A DNA stretch of 64,000 bases from positions 10,391 to 74,390 of the forward strand of contig JBAXVQ010000002.1 in NCBI GenBank assembly GCA_037128935.1, in the 5' to 3' direction. Below, piece by piece: positions 45,840-56,094 of the stretch (its first letter is position 1; each line of letters starts with the position of its first letter). The translations under genes and the position numbers were made by a program. Origin of the DNA: a bacterium (GTDB taxonomy: Bacteria > Patescibacteriota > CG2-30-54-11 > JBAXVQ01). Below the pieces are notes generated by a model. It was not told the origin of the DNA. It saw only the letters and a list, made by a program, of their open reading frames with translations, and ran no database searches.

Positions 45840-47317
45840 ATTTTTTAAAGCGTTTTTTTTCACGTACATTTATATTTCGTCGTGAATACTATTTCTTTGC
45901 GTGTGTTGTTCTTCTATTTCTTTTCTATACCTGTAAAATCTGGGTAGTAGGTGATGGAATAGGGTATTATGCTTGGTTACGGTCGTTTGTGTTTGATCAT
46001 GATTTACATTTTGTAAATGAATTTACTACTTTTAATTATACTCATAGTGCTGTGCCCATTTCATCTACACCATATGCCAACATGTTTTCTGTAGGGCCTG
46101 CGTTGTGCTGGTTTCCTTTTTATGGGATTGTGTATTTGATTGCTTGTGTTCGGGGTGTGTTTATTCCTTCTCAGCAGTTAAGTGGTTACGAATTTCCTTT
46201 TTTACTTACGGTTAGTAGTGTTTCTTTACTCGCAGGGTTTATAGGGGTGTTGTGTTGCTTTGAGCTTCTTTTTTTTGCTGTTGGCAAAAGATTTGCATTG
46301 TTAGCAACATCGTTGATCTTGCTTAGTACTCCATTACTACAGTACTTGTTTGACGAAATGAATTATGCGCATGTGTTTTCTTTTTTGTTTTCGTCTCTAT
46401 TTTTATTATTTTGGTATCGATTTTCTAAGCAACAGTCTACTACAAAGTATTTTTTTCAAGGTTGTTTGATTGGGGTTTTATGTTTGATGCGTTGGCAGCA
46501 GATTATTTTTCTTGTGTTTCCTCTGTTTGAACTGTTATCGAACAATCGCCAGCATTTGAAGGATAAACTAAAAAAAATATTGATCTGTTTTGTAGGGGTG
46601 ATTACTTTTTTTTTGCCACAAATGGTGGCGTGGAAATTTACTTTTGGGAAATGGTTGCTTATTCCTCAAGGTGAAGGTTTTGTTTCTCTGTCGCATGCTT
46701 TTTCTTTGCAAAATAATCAATTACTTCTTTTTTTGTTTTCTTCTTTTCATGGTTTATTCTATTGGCATCCAATATTTATAGTATCTTTTGTAGGTCTAGT
46801 ACTTTACTCTTTTAAAGAGCCTAAGTATGGTTTACCGTTACTAGTAGTTGCAGCATTAGAAGTTTTACTACTATCTTCTGTTGTTGATTGGTGGGCTGGA
46901 TCAAGTTTTGGTGCTAGGCGAATTGTTGACTCACTTCCTTTGTTTGCAGTTGGTTTGGGGTATTTTTTTCAACATTATTTTTCAAGAAAACAGTATTTAT
47001 TTCCTTTTGTTGTATGTGTTGGTGCTTTTTTTTCTTTGTGGAATTGTATACTTTGGTTGCAGTATCTAACGGTTCTGTCTCATGATGGAGAGTTAAATAT
47101 CTTTCAGATGTTTAGAAATTGTAGATACCTTCACCGTGAATTTTTGGATGTGATTAGACGTAGTAGTTTTTTTTCTTTTATTATCGAGGGGGCTTTTGAC
47201 AAAGCTGTTTTTCTCGGATTGGTTTACTTTGTTATAGTAGTTTTTGGATTGTTTTTCTCAACTATTCTGCAAACTTGGTTTGTTTCTATGTCCAACTATA
47301 AAGGTAAGAAATTATGA
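45836..47317 (+). CDS. polytopic GT-C-fold glycosyltransferase-like membrane protein (ArnT/PMT-like)
   Basis: More than 10 TM helices and an early loop with GDGIGYYAWLRSFVFDHD. Its start overlaps the upstream stop (ATGA). Confidence 0.5.
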   Translation: MNFLKRFFSRTFIFRREYYFFACVVLLFLFYTCKIWVVGDGIGYYAWLRSFVFDHDLHFVNEFTTFNYTHSAVPISSTPYANMFSVGPALCWFPFYGIVYLIACVRGVFIPSQQLSGYEFPFLLTVSSVSLLAGFIGVLCCFELLFFAVGKRFALLATSLILLSTPLLQYLFDEMNYAHVFSFLFSSLFLLFWYRFSKQQSTTKYFFQGCLIGVLCLMRWQQIIFLVFPLFELLSNNRQHLKDKLKKILICFVGVITFFLPQMVAWKFTFGKWLLIPQGEGFVSLSHAFSLQNNQLLLFLFSSFHGLFYWHPIFIVSFVGLVLYSFKEPKYGLPLLVVAALEVLLLSSVVDWWAGSSFGARRIVDSLPLFAVGLGYFFQHYFSRKQYLFPFVVCVGAFFSLWNCILWLQYLTVLSHDGELNIFQMFRNCRYLHREFLDVIRRSSFFSFIIEGAFDKAVFLGLVYFVIVVFGLFFSTILQTWFVSMSNYKGKKL

Positions 47318-47976
47318 AGAAGGCAGTTGTTCTTTTGTCGGGAGGCTTGGATAGTGCTACAGCCTTAGCAGTTGCTATTAATGCTGGTTATGCGGTTTAT
47401 TGTTTAAGTTGCTCTTATGGGCAGAGACATGTTCAAGAGCTTAAAGCCGCATCCAATATTGCTATTCATTATAAAGCTTTTGATCATAAAGTCATTAGTT
47501 TTGATCTTGGGAACTGGGGAGGATCTGCACTTACAGATGCACAGTTGAAAATTCCTAAAGGTACATTATCACCTGAAATTCCAATAACTTATGTGCCTGC
47601 AAGAAATATGATTTTTCTATCTTTTGCTCTTTCATATGCCGAAGTTTTGCATGCTGAGGCGATTTTTATTGGTGTGAATGCTTTAGACTACTCGGGATAT
47701 CCTGATTGTAGGCCTGAGTTTATTGCGGCATTTCAAGAAGCTTCCCGTCTTGGTACAAAATGCGGGGTTGAAGCCTCTAACGTGATTAACATTAAGACAC
47801 CATTGATTGGTCTTAAGAAAAGTGACATCATCTTGTTGGCTAAACAACTAGACGTTCCATTGCATTTAACACGATCTTGTTATGATGATGGTATCAAGCC
47901 ATGTGGGAGTTGTGATAGTTGTTTACTAAGAGCTCAGGGGTTTAGAGAGGCTAGTCTTGATGATCCAGCTCTATAA
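47314..47976 (+). CDS. queC: 7-cyano-7-deazaguanine synthase
   Basis: AVVLLSGGLDSATAL PP-loop and the C-terminal Cys cluster CYDD...CGSCDSCLLR. Confidence 0.9.
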   Translation: MKKAVVLLSGGLDSATALAVAINAGYAVYCLSCSYGQRHVQELKAASNIAIHYKAFDHKVISFDLGNWGGSALTDAQLKIPKGTLSPEIPITYVPARNMIFLSFALSYAEVLHAEAIFIGVNALDYSGYPDCRPEFIAAFQEASRLGTKCGVEASNVINIKTPLIGLKKSDIILLAKQLDVPLHLTRSCYDDGIKPCGSCDSCLLRAQGFREASLDDPAL

Positions 47977-47984
47977 GTGGTTGA

Positions 47985-48443
47985 TTATTTCTTTTTCTTA
48001 AGCAATTTTTGTGAGAGATCTTCAATTTCTTGTAATTCTTTGGTAGATAGTGTGTCTATAATGCTTAGTAGTTTTGTGGTAGCAGGTAATTTCTTTTCAA
48101 GTTGAGTGCTTTGAGTACTGGACTGATATGATGATGGTTGCTCTTGCAGGAAAAGCTCTTTGCTTTCCTTGTTAATTTGATATTTCTTGTCTTTAGATAA
48201 TGCGAGTAATTCAGGAACATTTTTATTTATTTTATCTTCAGCAACCCATTCTTGGATGATCCTTAAATCTATTTCTAGAGAAGCTGCAAGTCTTTTTTGT
48301 ACGTCTGCATTGGGAAGAAATTTTCCATTTAGTATTTCTAGAAATGTAGAATATGGCACTTTTGCTTTCTGTGAAATTTTGAGTTTGGAAGTTTTCTTTT
48401 CTTCGAGCAGCTGTAGCATTTTTTGATTAAAGTATTTTTTCAT
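47985..48443 (-). CDS. HTH (XRE-like) regulator with a coiled-coil C-terminus
   Basis: KISQKAKVPYSTFLEILNGKFLPNADVQKRLAASLEID resembles an HTH_XRE fold. Divergent from the XRE gene at 48798. Confidence 0.55.
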   Translation of the reverse strand: MKKYFNQKMLQLLEEKKTSKLKISQKAKVPYSTFLEILNGKFLPNADVQKRLAASLEIDLRIIQEWVAEDKINKNVPELLALSKDKKYQINKESKELFLQEQPSSYQSSTQSTQLEKKLPATTKLLSIIDTLSTKELQEIEDLSQKLLKKKK

Positions 48444-48671
48444 AGTTACCAAAAATTCCTTTCGTTAAGTGTTTCGGAGGTTGCTTCGAAACATGTCAAC
48501 CCTTTAATTTCTTTGCTGCATAATACTTTAATATATTTTTATTCCAAAGTAAATATCAATTTTTTCTCTTAAATTATATGACAAAAAAACGATCTTGTTT
48601 TTATCGTATGCGTGTGGTATTATTGCTCTACGTTTGTTGTTGAAGCAAGGTGTTTATTTGCTAATAGTCTG

Positions 48672-48763
48672 TTTTGTGCACTATGTACATTTGTACTTTT
48701 GTATCATTTTGTACAATTTTTTCTATTATTATTGGGATTTATTTTGTAGGCAATTGTTTGTAA
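48672..48763. promoter_or_regulatory. array of TTTGTA(C) motifs including palindromes GTGCAC, ATGTACAT and TTGTACAA (candidate operators)
   Basis: Five copies at 8-10-bp spacing (48672-48716) plus two more (48742-48763), in the 345-bp gap between divergent HTH genes. Confidence 0.4.
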
Positions 48764-48797
48764 AAAAATATCTAACAGTGCGTTATTATGGATAGCA

Positions 48798-48986
48798 ATG
48801 AAAAATCGAATAAAAAAACTTCGAAAATCTTTAAAAATATCACAGAAAGAGCTGTCAAAAATGACTGAAATTACTCAGTACCGTCTTAGTTTAATAGAAA
48901 ACAATAAAATAAAGGATATGAGATATAGTACTGTAAGGAAAATTGCTTCAGCTTTGAAATGCACAGCTGAAATGCTTTTTGATTAA
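48798..48986 (+). CDS. XRE family transcriptional regulator (62 aa)
   Basis: IKKLRKSLKISQKELSKMTEITQYRLSLIENNK is a canonical HTH_3 pattern. Confidence 0.8.
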   Translation: MKNRIKKLRKSLKISQKELSKMTEITQYRLSLIENNKIKDMRYSTVRKIASALKCTAEMLFD

Positions 48987-49007
48987 GTTTTTTGAAGGAG
49001 TTTATAA

Positions 49008-49208
49008 ATGCAAAATCTTGAAGTCTATCTTAAAGAAAAGATTCAGACTGTTAATAATGAAAAAGATTTGTTGGTCAGTAAACGTTTTGCTAGTTTCACG
49101 TATGAGGTTGAACTTTTGCAAAAAATGTCGGCATGTAATGCAAAAATTAAAGCTTATACCGAGGTGCTAGATTTTCTTCAGAACGAAAACGTGATGACTG
49201 CGAGTTGA
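49008..49208 (+). CDS. hypothetical small helical protein
   Basis: 66-aa ORF starting 21 nt after the XRE gene stop, with a GGAG RBS upstream. Confidence 0.4.
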   Translation: MQNLEVYLKEKIQTVNNEKDLLVSKRFASFTYEVELLQKMSACNAKIKAYTEVLDFLQNENVMTAS

Positions 49209-49306
49209 GCTTTTTGCAATTTATGCAATTTGTTGAAAATTAAGTCTAGTAGCTCGTATTTCTTTTTTAAAGTATACTGCAAATGTATAACAGAAAAAGG
49301 AAGCAA

Positions 49307-50089
49307 ATGTCTTATCTTCAGGCTGTTTTAATGGGTATTATTGAAGGATTGACTGAGTATCTCCCAATTTCTTCCACCTTTCATGAAATTACATTTGCCT
49401 CGATTTTGGCCATACCAACCACTGAGTTTGTGAAGCTTTTTGAAGTCGTTATTCAATCTGGAGCAATCCTTTCCGTTTTTATCCTGTATTTTCCTCTTTT
49501 GTTTCGCGATCGTACTTTATTAAAAAATACTTTCGTAAGTTTTATTCCTACCGCTGTTTTGGGGATTATTCTTTATAAGGTTGTAAAAGATGTTTTTTTA
49601 GTAAATGTTGCTTTACGTTTATCTGTTTTTGCATTAGTAGGAGTAATTTTTATACTGTTTGAATATTTTGTTAAGGCTAAAAAGATCTCGTTGACACGTT
49701 CTGTGCAAGGTATTACTTTACATGAAGCGTTTCTTATTGGCATAATTCAGGCTATTGCGTTTATTCCTGGAGTGTCACGTTCTGGTGCGGTGATTGTTGG
49801 TATGATGTTTTTGAGGTATAAACGTGATGAAGCTGCAAAGTATTCTTTCTTGCTTTCTATTCCGACTATTTTTGCCGCATCTGCTTATGATATGTATAAA
49901 GCAAAAGATTTGCTTTTAACATCTTCCAGTTCTTTTTTGATTCTTCTTGTTGGTTTTATCGCCGCTTTTATGTCTTCGTTTGTTGTTATTAAATGGTTTT
50001 TGACCTATTTGAAAACACGTACTCTTACTGTTTTTGGTATTTATAGAATTGTATTAACTATGGTTATTTTAGCGTTGGGATTTTATTAA
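49307..50089 (+). CDS. uppP: undecaprenyl-diphosphate phosphatase
   Basis: GIIEGLTEYLPISST and PGVSRSGA motifs of BacA/UppP. The start is taken at MSYLQAV. Confidence 0.85.
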   Translation: MSYLQAVLMGIIEGLTEYLPISSTFHEITFASILAIPTTEFVKLFEVVIQSGAILSVFILYFPLLFRDRTLLKNTFVSFIPTAVLGIILYKVVKDVFLVNVALRLSVFALVGVIFILFEYFVKAKKISLTRSVQGITLHEAFLIGIIQAIAFIPGVSRSGAVIVGMMFLRYKRDEAAKYSFLLSIPTIFAASAYDMYKAKDLLLTSSSSFLILLVGFIAAFMSSFVVIKWFLTYLKTRTLTVFGIYRIVLTMVILALGFY

Positions 50090-50618
50090 GATGTTCATGA
50101 AATGTTGAAGAGTTGTTTAGGATAGTTGCTTCCTCTTTGCACCAGGGCGAGTATTTTTCTGGGTCGCTTTTTATACTGGCTAGGAATTTTTTCCACGTGA
50201 TCCATGAAATCTCTTCTATTTCGTTTTTATTGATTGTTGGTGTTTTCATTGTGTATCCAAACAAAATCGGACAAATTTCATTTTCCATGATGTCGTCTTT
50301 TGTAAAGCAGTAGCGGTAAGGTGAAATTTTAGTTAGGTAAACATCTCGAAGCCCCAGTTCCTCAGATAATCTTCTTTTTGCTGCTTGGTCTGTAGTTTCG
50401 TTAAGTCCTGGGTGTCCACAACAACTGTTGGACCATGCGAGAGGCCATGTTTGTTTTTCATTGCTTCTTTGTTGAAGAAGAAGCTCTTTTCTCTCGTTAA
50501 AAAGGAAGATAGAGAAACCACGATGAAGCGGTGTCTCTTTTCTATGTACACTAGATTTTGGCAATGTGCCAAGCACGTTATTTTTTTCATCTACAAGCAC
50601 AACTAGTTCTGTGTTCAT
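50064..50618 (-). CDS. idi: isopentenyl-diphosphate delta-isomerase, type 1 (Nudix)
   Basis: HRGFSIFLFN...LLLQQRS..K..WP..WSNSCCGHP pattern with the Nudix-like E..AA.RRL.EELG. Confidence 0.8.
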   Translation of the reverse strand: MNTELVVLVDEKNNVLGTLPKSSVHRKETPLHRGFSIFLFNERKELLLQQRSNEKQTWPLAWSNSCCGHPGLNETTDQAAKRRLSEELGLRDVYLTKISPYRYCFTKDDIMENEICPILFGYTMKTPTINKNEIEEISWITWKKFLASIKSDPEKYSPWCKEEATILNNSSTFHEHLNKIPTLK

Positions 50619-50622
50619 AATT

Positions 50623-51249
50623 TTATGTGCTCGTTGTTGTTGATTCTTTTGTAATAGTGGAAGTAATTAGTGTGGCTAAAGAAATTTTTATAAAATCGCC
50701 TGGTATGAATGGCAACATTCCGGTATTTAAAGTCTGTATAATCGTTGGCCAAGTTGAATCTTTGTGATGCATCCATGTTGCTAGTTGTATTGCTCCTATA
50801 CCATGGATGATAATGAAATTTGCAAAGATGAAGAGTAATAATTGCATTGTTGGTTGGTGAAGAAATTTGTAGTTATTTAAGCAATGACCGATGAATGCTG
50901 TGGCTAGAATAAACCCAATGAGGTAGCCCCCTGAAGGACCGATGATGGTTTGTACCCCTCCCCTAAAATCAGAAAACCAAGGGATTCCAAGGCACCCTAA
51001 TCCTACATAACTTGCTTGACTTATTGTGCCCCAAATCTGACCTAGAACTACACCAGAAACTAGTATTGCTAGTGTTTGTCCGGTAATCGGGACTGGAGTT
51101 CCTGGAATGTATAACTTGATTTGAGCAAGTAGTCCAGTTAATGAGGCCATACCTAAAGACATAAAAAATAGCTGGATTTTTGTTCTTTCTTTTCGCCAAG
51201 TGAGATATCTTGATTGTATGCTTGATATTTGCATGGTTGATGTGGGCAT
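50623..51249 (-). CDS. bioY: biotin transporter BioY
   Basis: PGTPVPITGQTLAILVSGVVLG and MLPFIPGDFIK motifs; six TM helices. Confidence 0.75.
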   Translation of the reverse strand: MPTSTMQISSIQSRYLTWRKERTKIQLFFMSLGMASLTGLLAQIKLYIPGTPVPITGQTLAILVSGVVLGQIWGTISQASYVGLGCLGIPWFSDFRGGVQTIIGPSGGYLIGFILATAFIGHCLNNYKFLHQPTMQLLLFIFANFIIIHGIGAIQLATWMHHKDSTWPTIIQTLNTGMLPFIPGDFIKISLATLITSTITKESTTTST

Positions 51250-51461
51250 TGTTGATTCTCCACTAATTTCATTATTATACCAAAGTAAGAAAAAGCGGCT
51301 AGTATTTGCTATGATTCTGAACGAGTTTTTCTTGTGTGTCTTACAAAATAGCTTTATTGTTTAGTTCTCATAGGAATGGGTTTCTATTCTTGTCATCATC
51401 AATACATACTGGTACAGTAATCTTGTTGTAAATTTGGTTTTAATAAACCTAAGTAAACTTT

Positions 51462-52520
51462 ATGTTTGATTATTTTTTCAGTCTTTTTTCTCAAGATATG
51501 GGTATTGATCTTGGTACGGCAAATACACTTGTGTATGTTAAGAACAAAGGTATTGTCATTAATGAACCCTCTGTTGTCGCTATAAATAATAAAACAAAAC
51601 AGATTCTTGCTATCGGCGCACATGCAAAAGATATGGTAGGCAAGACTCCTGGCAATATTATGGTAATACGTCCTCTTCGGGACGGAGTTGTTTCTGATTA
51701 TAAAGTTACTGAGCAGATGCTTCGCTATTTTATAAATAAAGTGCATAGCAAATATTCTTCGACTTGGCTAGTTCCAAGACCTGCTGTAGTTATTGGTGTG
51801 CCATCTGGGGTTACTGAAGTTGAACGTAGAGCTGTAGAAAATGCTGCAAGAAATGCAGGCGCAAGAAGAGCGTATCTTATTGAAGAACCAATGGCTGCAG
51901 CTATTGGTGCACGTTTGCCCGTTACTGACGCTGGTGGAAGTATGATTGTTGATATTGGTGGAGGAACAACTGAAATTGCAATTATCTCTCTCGGAGGTAT
52001 TGTTTTAAGCAGATCGATGAGATTGGCTGGAGATAGAATGGATGATGATATAGTGCAATTTGCAAGAAATGAGCTTAATTTGATTATTGGTGAAAGAATG
52101 GCAGAACGTGTAAAAATTGAGATTGGATCCGCTCATCCTGATATAGAAAAAATGGAAACTTTGATTCGAGGTCGGGATATTATTTCAGGGTTGCCTAAAG
52201 CGGTTAAGATTTCTAGTCCTCAGATAAGAAAAGCTATTCAAGCTTCAATAGATGCAATTGTTGATGCAATTAAAATGACTTTAGAGGAGACGCCTCCTGA
52301 GCTTATTGCTGATATCCTAGAACGTGGGATTATGCTGGCTGGTGGTGGAGCATTAATCCGTGGGCTTGATCGTTTGATTTCTGATGAATGTAGAATGCCA
52401 GTGTATGTTGCTGAAGATCCGCTTAGTTGTGTGGTTCGCGGTACAGGTATAGTTATTGAAGATTTAAAATCACTCGAAGAAGTTCTTATCACCTCTAGGT
52501 ATTCAAAGAAACTACGCTAA
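51462..52520 (+). CDS. mreB: rod shape-determining protein MreB
   Basis: DMGIDLGTANTLVY, VIGVPSGVTEVERRA, DIGGGTTEIA and LAGGGALIRGLD actin-fold motifs. Confidence 0.9.
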   Translation: MFDYFFSLFSQDMGIDLGTANTLVYVKNKGIVINEPSVVAINNKTKQILAIGAHAKDMVGKTPGNIMVIRPLRDGVVSDYKVTEQMLRYFINKVHSKYSSTWLVPRPAVVIGVPSGVTEVERRAVENAARNAGARRAYLIEEPMAAAIGARLPVTDAGGSMIVDIGGGTTEIAIISLGGIVLSRSMRLAGDRMDDDIVQFARNELNLIIGERMAERVKIEIGSAHPDIEKMETLIRGRDIISGLPKAVKISSPQIRKAIQASIDAIVDAIKMTLEETPPELIADILERGIMLAGGGALIRGLDRLISDECRMPVYVAEDPLSCVVRGTGIVIEDLKSLEEVLITSRYSKKLR

Positions 52521-52644
52521 ATTTTCTTACTTTCTTAATTAGCTTTTTCTAGTTTTTTTACGACGATGTTTTGTTAAAAAAAATAAATTGTTTGGTTTTA
52601 TTCCAAACTATCTCTCAAGGTAATTTAAGCTAAAGAGATTTTTA

Positions 52645-53481
52645 ATGCTCCAGCGTTGGAAAGAATTTACAATCTGGCAAAAGTCCATAGTTTTTTTAGT
52701 TCTTGGTATCGTTATTTTACTTTTGTTTAATACTGGTATCGGAGCTCCTGTTGCTTCTTTGCAAGCGTTTATTTTTACACCTGTTGTCAGGCAGACCAAT
52801 TCGTGGAGCGCTTCTTTACAGTCATTTAATCAGGGTTTGCTAAATCTTGGGATGTTGCGAAAAGAAAATGTTACTCTACGAAGTGAAAATGAACGATTGG
52901 TGGCGGAGAACGCTAAATTAAAAGAACTTGAAGGAGAAAATGAAAGCCTTCGAGATTTGGTCGGTCTGGAGAGGGAACTACATCTGTCATTAGTTCCTGC
53001 TGAGATTATAGGTAAAGAACCTTCAAATTTTATTCAGGTACTTACTATTGATAAAGGCGCTCGAAATAAAATTAAAAAAGGGCAACCTGTTGTTACCTCG
53101 ATGGGGCAAGGGACTATTGGTGTTCTGGTCGGTCAAATTATTGAAGTTACTGAGACTACCGCAAAAATACTGGTTATTACTGATAAAGATAGTGTAATTC
53201 CAGCTAAAGTTCAGTCCTCAAGTACTGAAGGTTTAGTGAAAGGAGAAGGTCTTGGATATAGTCTAGTTATGGAATATATTCAACAAGAGGATGTTTTTAA
53301 AGAAAAGGATGTTGTTGTCACATCAGGCTTAGGATCTGAAAAAGGTCTATTATTTCCTAAAGGTTTGTATATTGGTGTTGTGAATAAGATTGAAGGTGAT
53401 CCCTCTGATGTGTTTCAAAGAGCGACAATTCGTTCTTTGGTTAATTTTAACCAACTTGAAATGGTTGCTGTACTCATTTAA
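52645..53481 (+). CDS. mreC: rod shape-determining protein MreC
   Basis: TM anchor, coiled coil (LRSENERLVAENAKLKELEGENESL), then beta domains with VVTSGLG...FPKGLYIGVV. Confidence 0.8.
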   Translation: MLQRWKEFTIWQKSIVFLVLGIVILLLFNTGIGAPVASLQAFIFTPVVRQTNSWSASLQSFNQGLLNLGMLRKENVTLRSENERLVAENAKLKELEGENESLRDLVGLERELHLSLVPAEIIGKEPSNFIQVLTIDKGARNKIKKGQPVVTSMGQGTIGVLVGQIIEVTETTAKILVITDKDSVIPAKVQSSSTEGLVKGEGLGYSLVMEYIQQEDVFKEKDVVVTSGLGSEKGLLFPKGLYIGVVNKIEGDPSDVFQRATIRSLVNFNQLEMVAVLI

Positions 53482-53521
53482 TTTTACTTTTAGTTTGCTG
53501 TTCTAACTCAAGTTATTACTG

Positions 53522-54031
53522 GTGGTTTTCAGTATGCATATAGTCAAACGGTTGGTGTTTTTTACAGTGCTTCTTCTTCTTCAGGTGACTTTTTTTTCAA
53601 AATTTCCTCTTGCTTCCGTTATTCCTGATGTATTATTTGTAGGTGTTGTTGTGTTGTGCTTGAGAGTTTCGCCAAACGAAAGCCTTTTCTGGGCTTTCCT
53701 TTGTGGATTGTATCTTGATGTTACTATGCATGCACCATTTCTTTTTTCCACACTGTTTTACTTTTCTATTCCTTTTATTTTGCATTATGTAAAAACAAAT
53801 ATATTTTCTAATCAGTTTTTACTTGGAGTTCTTTCTGTTATTGTCGGTTCTATGATCTATTATTTGATCTATTATTTCATTATTGTTTTTTCACTTCAGC
53901 ATTATTCACTTGAGAATTATCTTAATCAATTGTTTCTTCCTGTGCTGCTCTATAATCTAGCTCTCTTGCTCATTTTATATCCTTTAAGTAGAATGCTAGT
54001 TGCTACAGAGAAGCAGGTTATGGACTTATGA
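53522..54031 (+). CDS. mreD: rod shape-determining protein MreD
   Basis: Small five-TM protein between mreC and PBP2. Its stop overlaps the next start (ATGA). Confidence 0.6.
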   Translation: MVFSMHIVKRLVFFTVLLLLQVTFFSKFPLASVIPDVLFVGVVVLCLRVSPNESLFWAFLCGLYLDVTMHAPFLFSTLFYFSIPFILHYVKTNIFSNQFLLGVLSVIVGSMIYYLIYYFIIVFSLQHYSLENYLNQLFLPVLLYNLALLLILYPLSRMLVATEKQVMDL

Positions 54032-56073
54032 AGACACCTTTTTCCTCTATTCAATCCGTTTTTCCAAATTTTCTATCAAAAGATGGCGATGAAGAGTATT
54101 TTCTTCCGGAAAAGGAAGAAGATGTTGTTTTGAATGATACTCTTTATCCTGGCGGAGAGAATGCTGTACTTCGTAAGGAAGTTCTTCGTGGGCTCAACCG
54201 ACTTCCTTATTACTATGCTTTGGTGACTATTGGGATATGCTTGCTTCTTGGACGTGCTTGGCAATTACAGGTACTTAGAAGTAGACAGTTTGCTTTGCAA
54301 GCTGAAGGACATAGAGTTACCTCTGTGCCAGTTTCTTCGACTAGGGGTATTTTATATGATCGCAATAAACGTGAATTAGTAAAAAATCTTCCAACTTTTA
54401 GTGTTTACATTGTTCAATCTTCTCTTCCACAATCTAAGGTTGAACGATTTGAGGTGTATAGGAAGCTTGGAGAACTGCTCCAACCATCTATTTCCCCCGA
54501 AGTAATCGAACAGATTGTTAATGCTGCAGATCTTCCCCCTCTTACACCTATTCTTATTCAGGCCAAAATTGATAGATCGGTGGCTTTGTTGATAGAAGCT
54601 TATAAACTGTCACTTTCTGGTGTATTAGTGAAGAGTGGTGGTCTTCGTGAGTATAAGAATGTAGTTAATGACCAGAAAGTGCTTTCACTTTCTCATCTGC
54701 TTGGTTATGTTGGTTCTGTAACGCAGGATGATCTCAAAGATTATCCTGATTACGAGATTACCGATTCTTTGGGAAAAGTAGGACTTGAGGCTAAGTATGA
54801 GACACAACTTCGTGGTGTAACTGATTTTCAACAGATGGAAGTTGATAATGTGGGTATGCCTGTAAAATTATTAAAAAAAGCTAATCCGATTCCTGGTAAA
54901 AATCTTACTTTGACAATTGACCTTCTTTTGCAACAGAAAGTAGAAACAGTATTGAAAAAGTATATTGATCAGGCTGAGAAAAAAATGCATTCGGGCGAAG
55001 GAGCTGGTGTTGCTATTTTGCAAAACCCGAAAAACGGTGAGATTTTAGCGATGGTTTCTTTGCCCTCCTATGACAACAATCAATTTGCAAAAGGAATTTC
55101 ACAAGCTGATTTTCAAAAACTTATGGAACCGTCAGCTAAGAAACCACTTTTCAATCGAGCGGTGACTGGTGTATATCCTCCTGGCTCGGTTTTCAAACCT
55201 TTTGTTGCATCTGCTGCTCTGCAGGAAGGAAATATCACTGCGTCGACTCAGATTGAAGATGTTGGCTTTTTCAAAGTATTTGAAACTATTTATTCCAACT
55301 GGTATTGGACGCAATCACATGGTGTTGACGGTTGGATTACTGTCGAAGAGGCATTGGAGCGATCAAATGACATTTTCTTTTATAACCTTGCTGGATATAC
55401 AGATTACAACAAAAGAAGTGGTATTGGATCAGATAATGTTGCTCAATATGCAAAAATGTTTGGTTTTGAGAAGAAAACTGGCATTGATTTACCTGGTGAA
55501 GCAATAGGAACGATTCCGTCTCAAACTTCAATGCAAAGCGAGGGGTTACAGTGGCGTCAGGGAGACACGTATCTTATGAGTATTGGACAAGGATATGATC
55601 TGGCGTCTCCTCTACAGATAGTGAATGCAACTTCTGCGGTTGCGAATGGGGGAACGCTTTTTAAACCGCATTTATTGAAAGAAATGAGCTCTTTCAATGG
55701 GTCGGATGTACAAACGATTCAGCCTGAAGTATTAAATCAGAATTTTATCAACGCCAAGCATCTTGCGACTGTACGACGTGGAATGTCCCTTGTCACTCAG
55801 AACACGCAAGGTACTGCTTATTCATCTTTTCGAGGTTTTTCTGTTAAAGTTGCAGGTAAGACAGGGACAGCGCAGTACGAGGGCAACAAGAAAGAACATG
55901 CTTGGTTTACAGCTTTTGCGCCTTATGATAACCCCGAAATATCGCTTGTTGTATTGGTAGAAGGTGGTGGTGAAGGATCTCAAGTTTCTGCTCCGGCAGC
56001 AAGGGAAATTCTGGAATACTATTTTGGTGATTATCAACGTGATAAAGCAACTGTTAATGCAAAAACCAATTAA
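54028..56073 (+). CDS. mrdA: penicillin-binding protein 2 (class B transpeptidase)
   Basis: PPGSVFKP (SxxK), ERSNDIFF (SxN) and KTGTAQ (KTG) motifs. Confidence 0.85.
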   Translation: MKTPFSSIQSVFPNFLSKDGDEEYFLPEKEEDVVLNDTLYPGGENAVLRKEVLRGLNRLPYYYALVTIGICLLLGRAWQLQVLRSRQFALQAEGHRVTSVPVSSTRGILYDRNKRELVKNLPTFSVYIVQSSLPQSKVERFEVYRKLGELLQPSISPEVIEQIVNAADLPPLTPILIQAKIDRSVALLIEAYKLSLSGVLVKSGGLREYKNVVNDQKVLSLSHLLGYVGSVTQDDLKDYPDYEITDSLGKVGLEAKYETQLRGVTDFQQMEVDNVGMPVKLLKKANPIPGKNLTLTIDLLLQQKVETVLKKYIDQAEKKMHSGEGAGVAILQNPKNGEILAMVSLPSYDNNQFAKGISQADFQKLMEPSAKKPLFNRAVTGVYPPGSVFKPFVASAALQEGNITASTQIEDVGFFKVFETIYSNWYWTQSHGVDGWITVEEALERSNDIFFYNLAGYTDYNKRSGIGSDNVAQYAKMFGFEKKTGIDLPGEAIGTIPSQTSMQSEGLQWRQGDTYLMSIGQGYDLASPLQIVNATSAVANGGTLFKPHLLKEMSSFNGSDVQTIQPEVLNQNFINAKHLATVRRGMSLVTQNTQGTAYSSFRGFSVKVAGKTGTAQYEGNKKEHAWFTAFAPYDNPEISLVVLVEGGGEGSQVSAPAAREILEYYFGDYQRDKATVNAKTN

Positions 56074-56094
56074 TAATGACGAGGTAAGATTATT

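Noticed and set aside
48595-48795. 66-aa ORF in the gap between the divergent HTH genes
   Set aside because: It has a non-ATG start in AT-rich DNA, and its Tyr/Phe/Leu-rich translation is typical of random AT-rich sequence. The region is better explained as regulatory.
56074-56094. Possible glmS ribozyme upstream of glmS
   Set aside because: Only 21 nt separate the PBP2 stop from the glmS start, which leaves no room for the roughly 170-nt ribozyme. glmS appears co-transcribed with the mre/mrdA genes.
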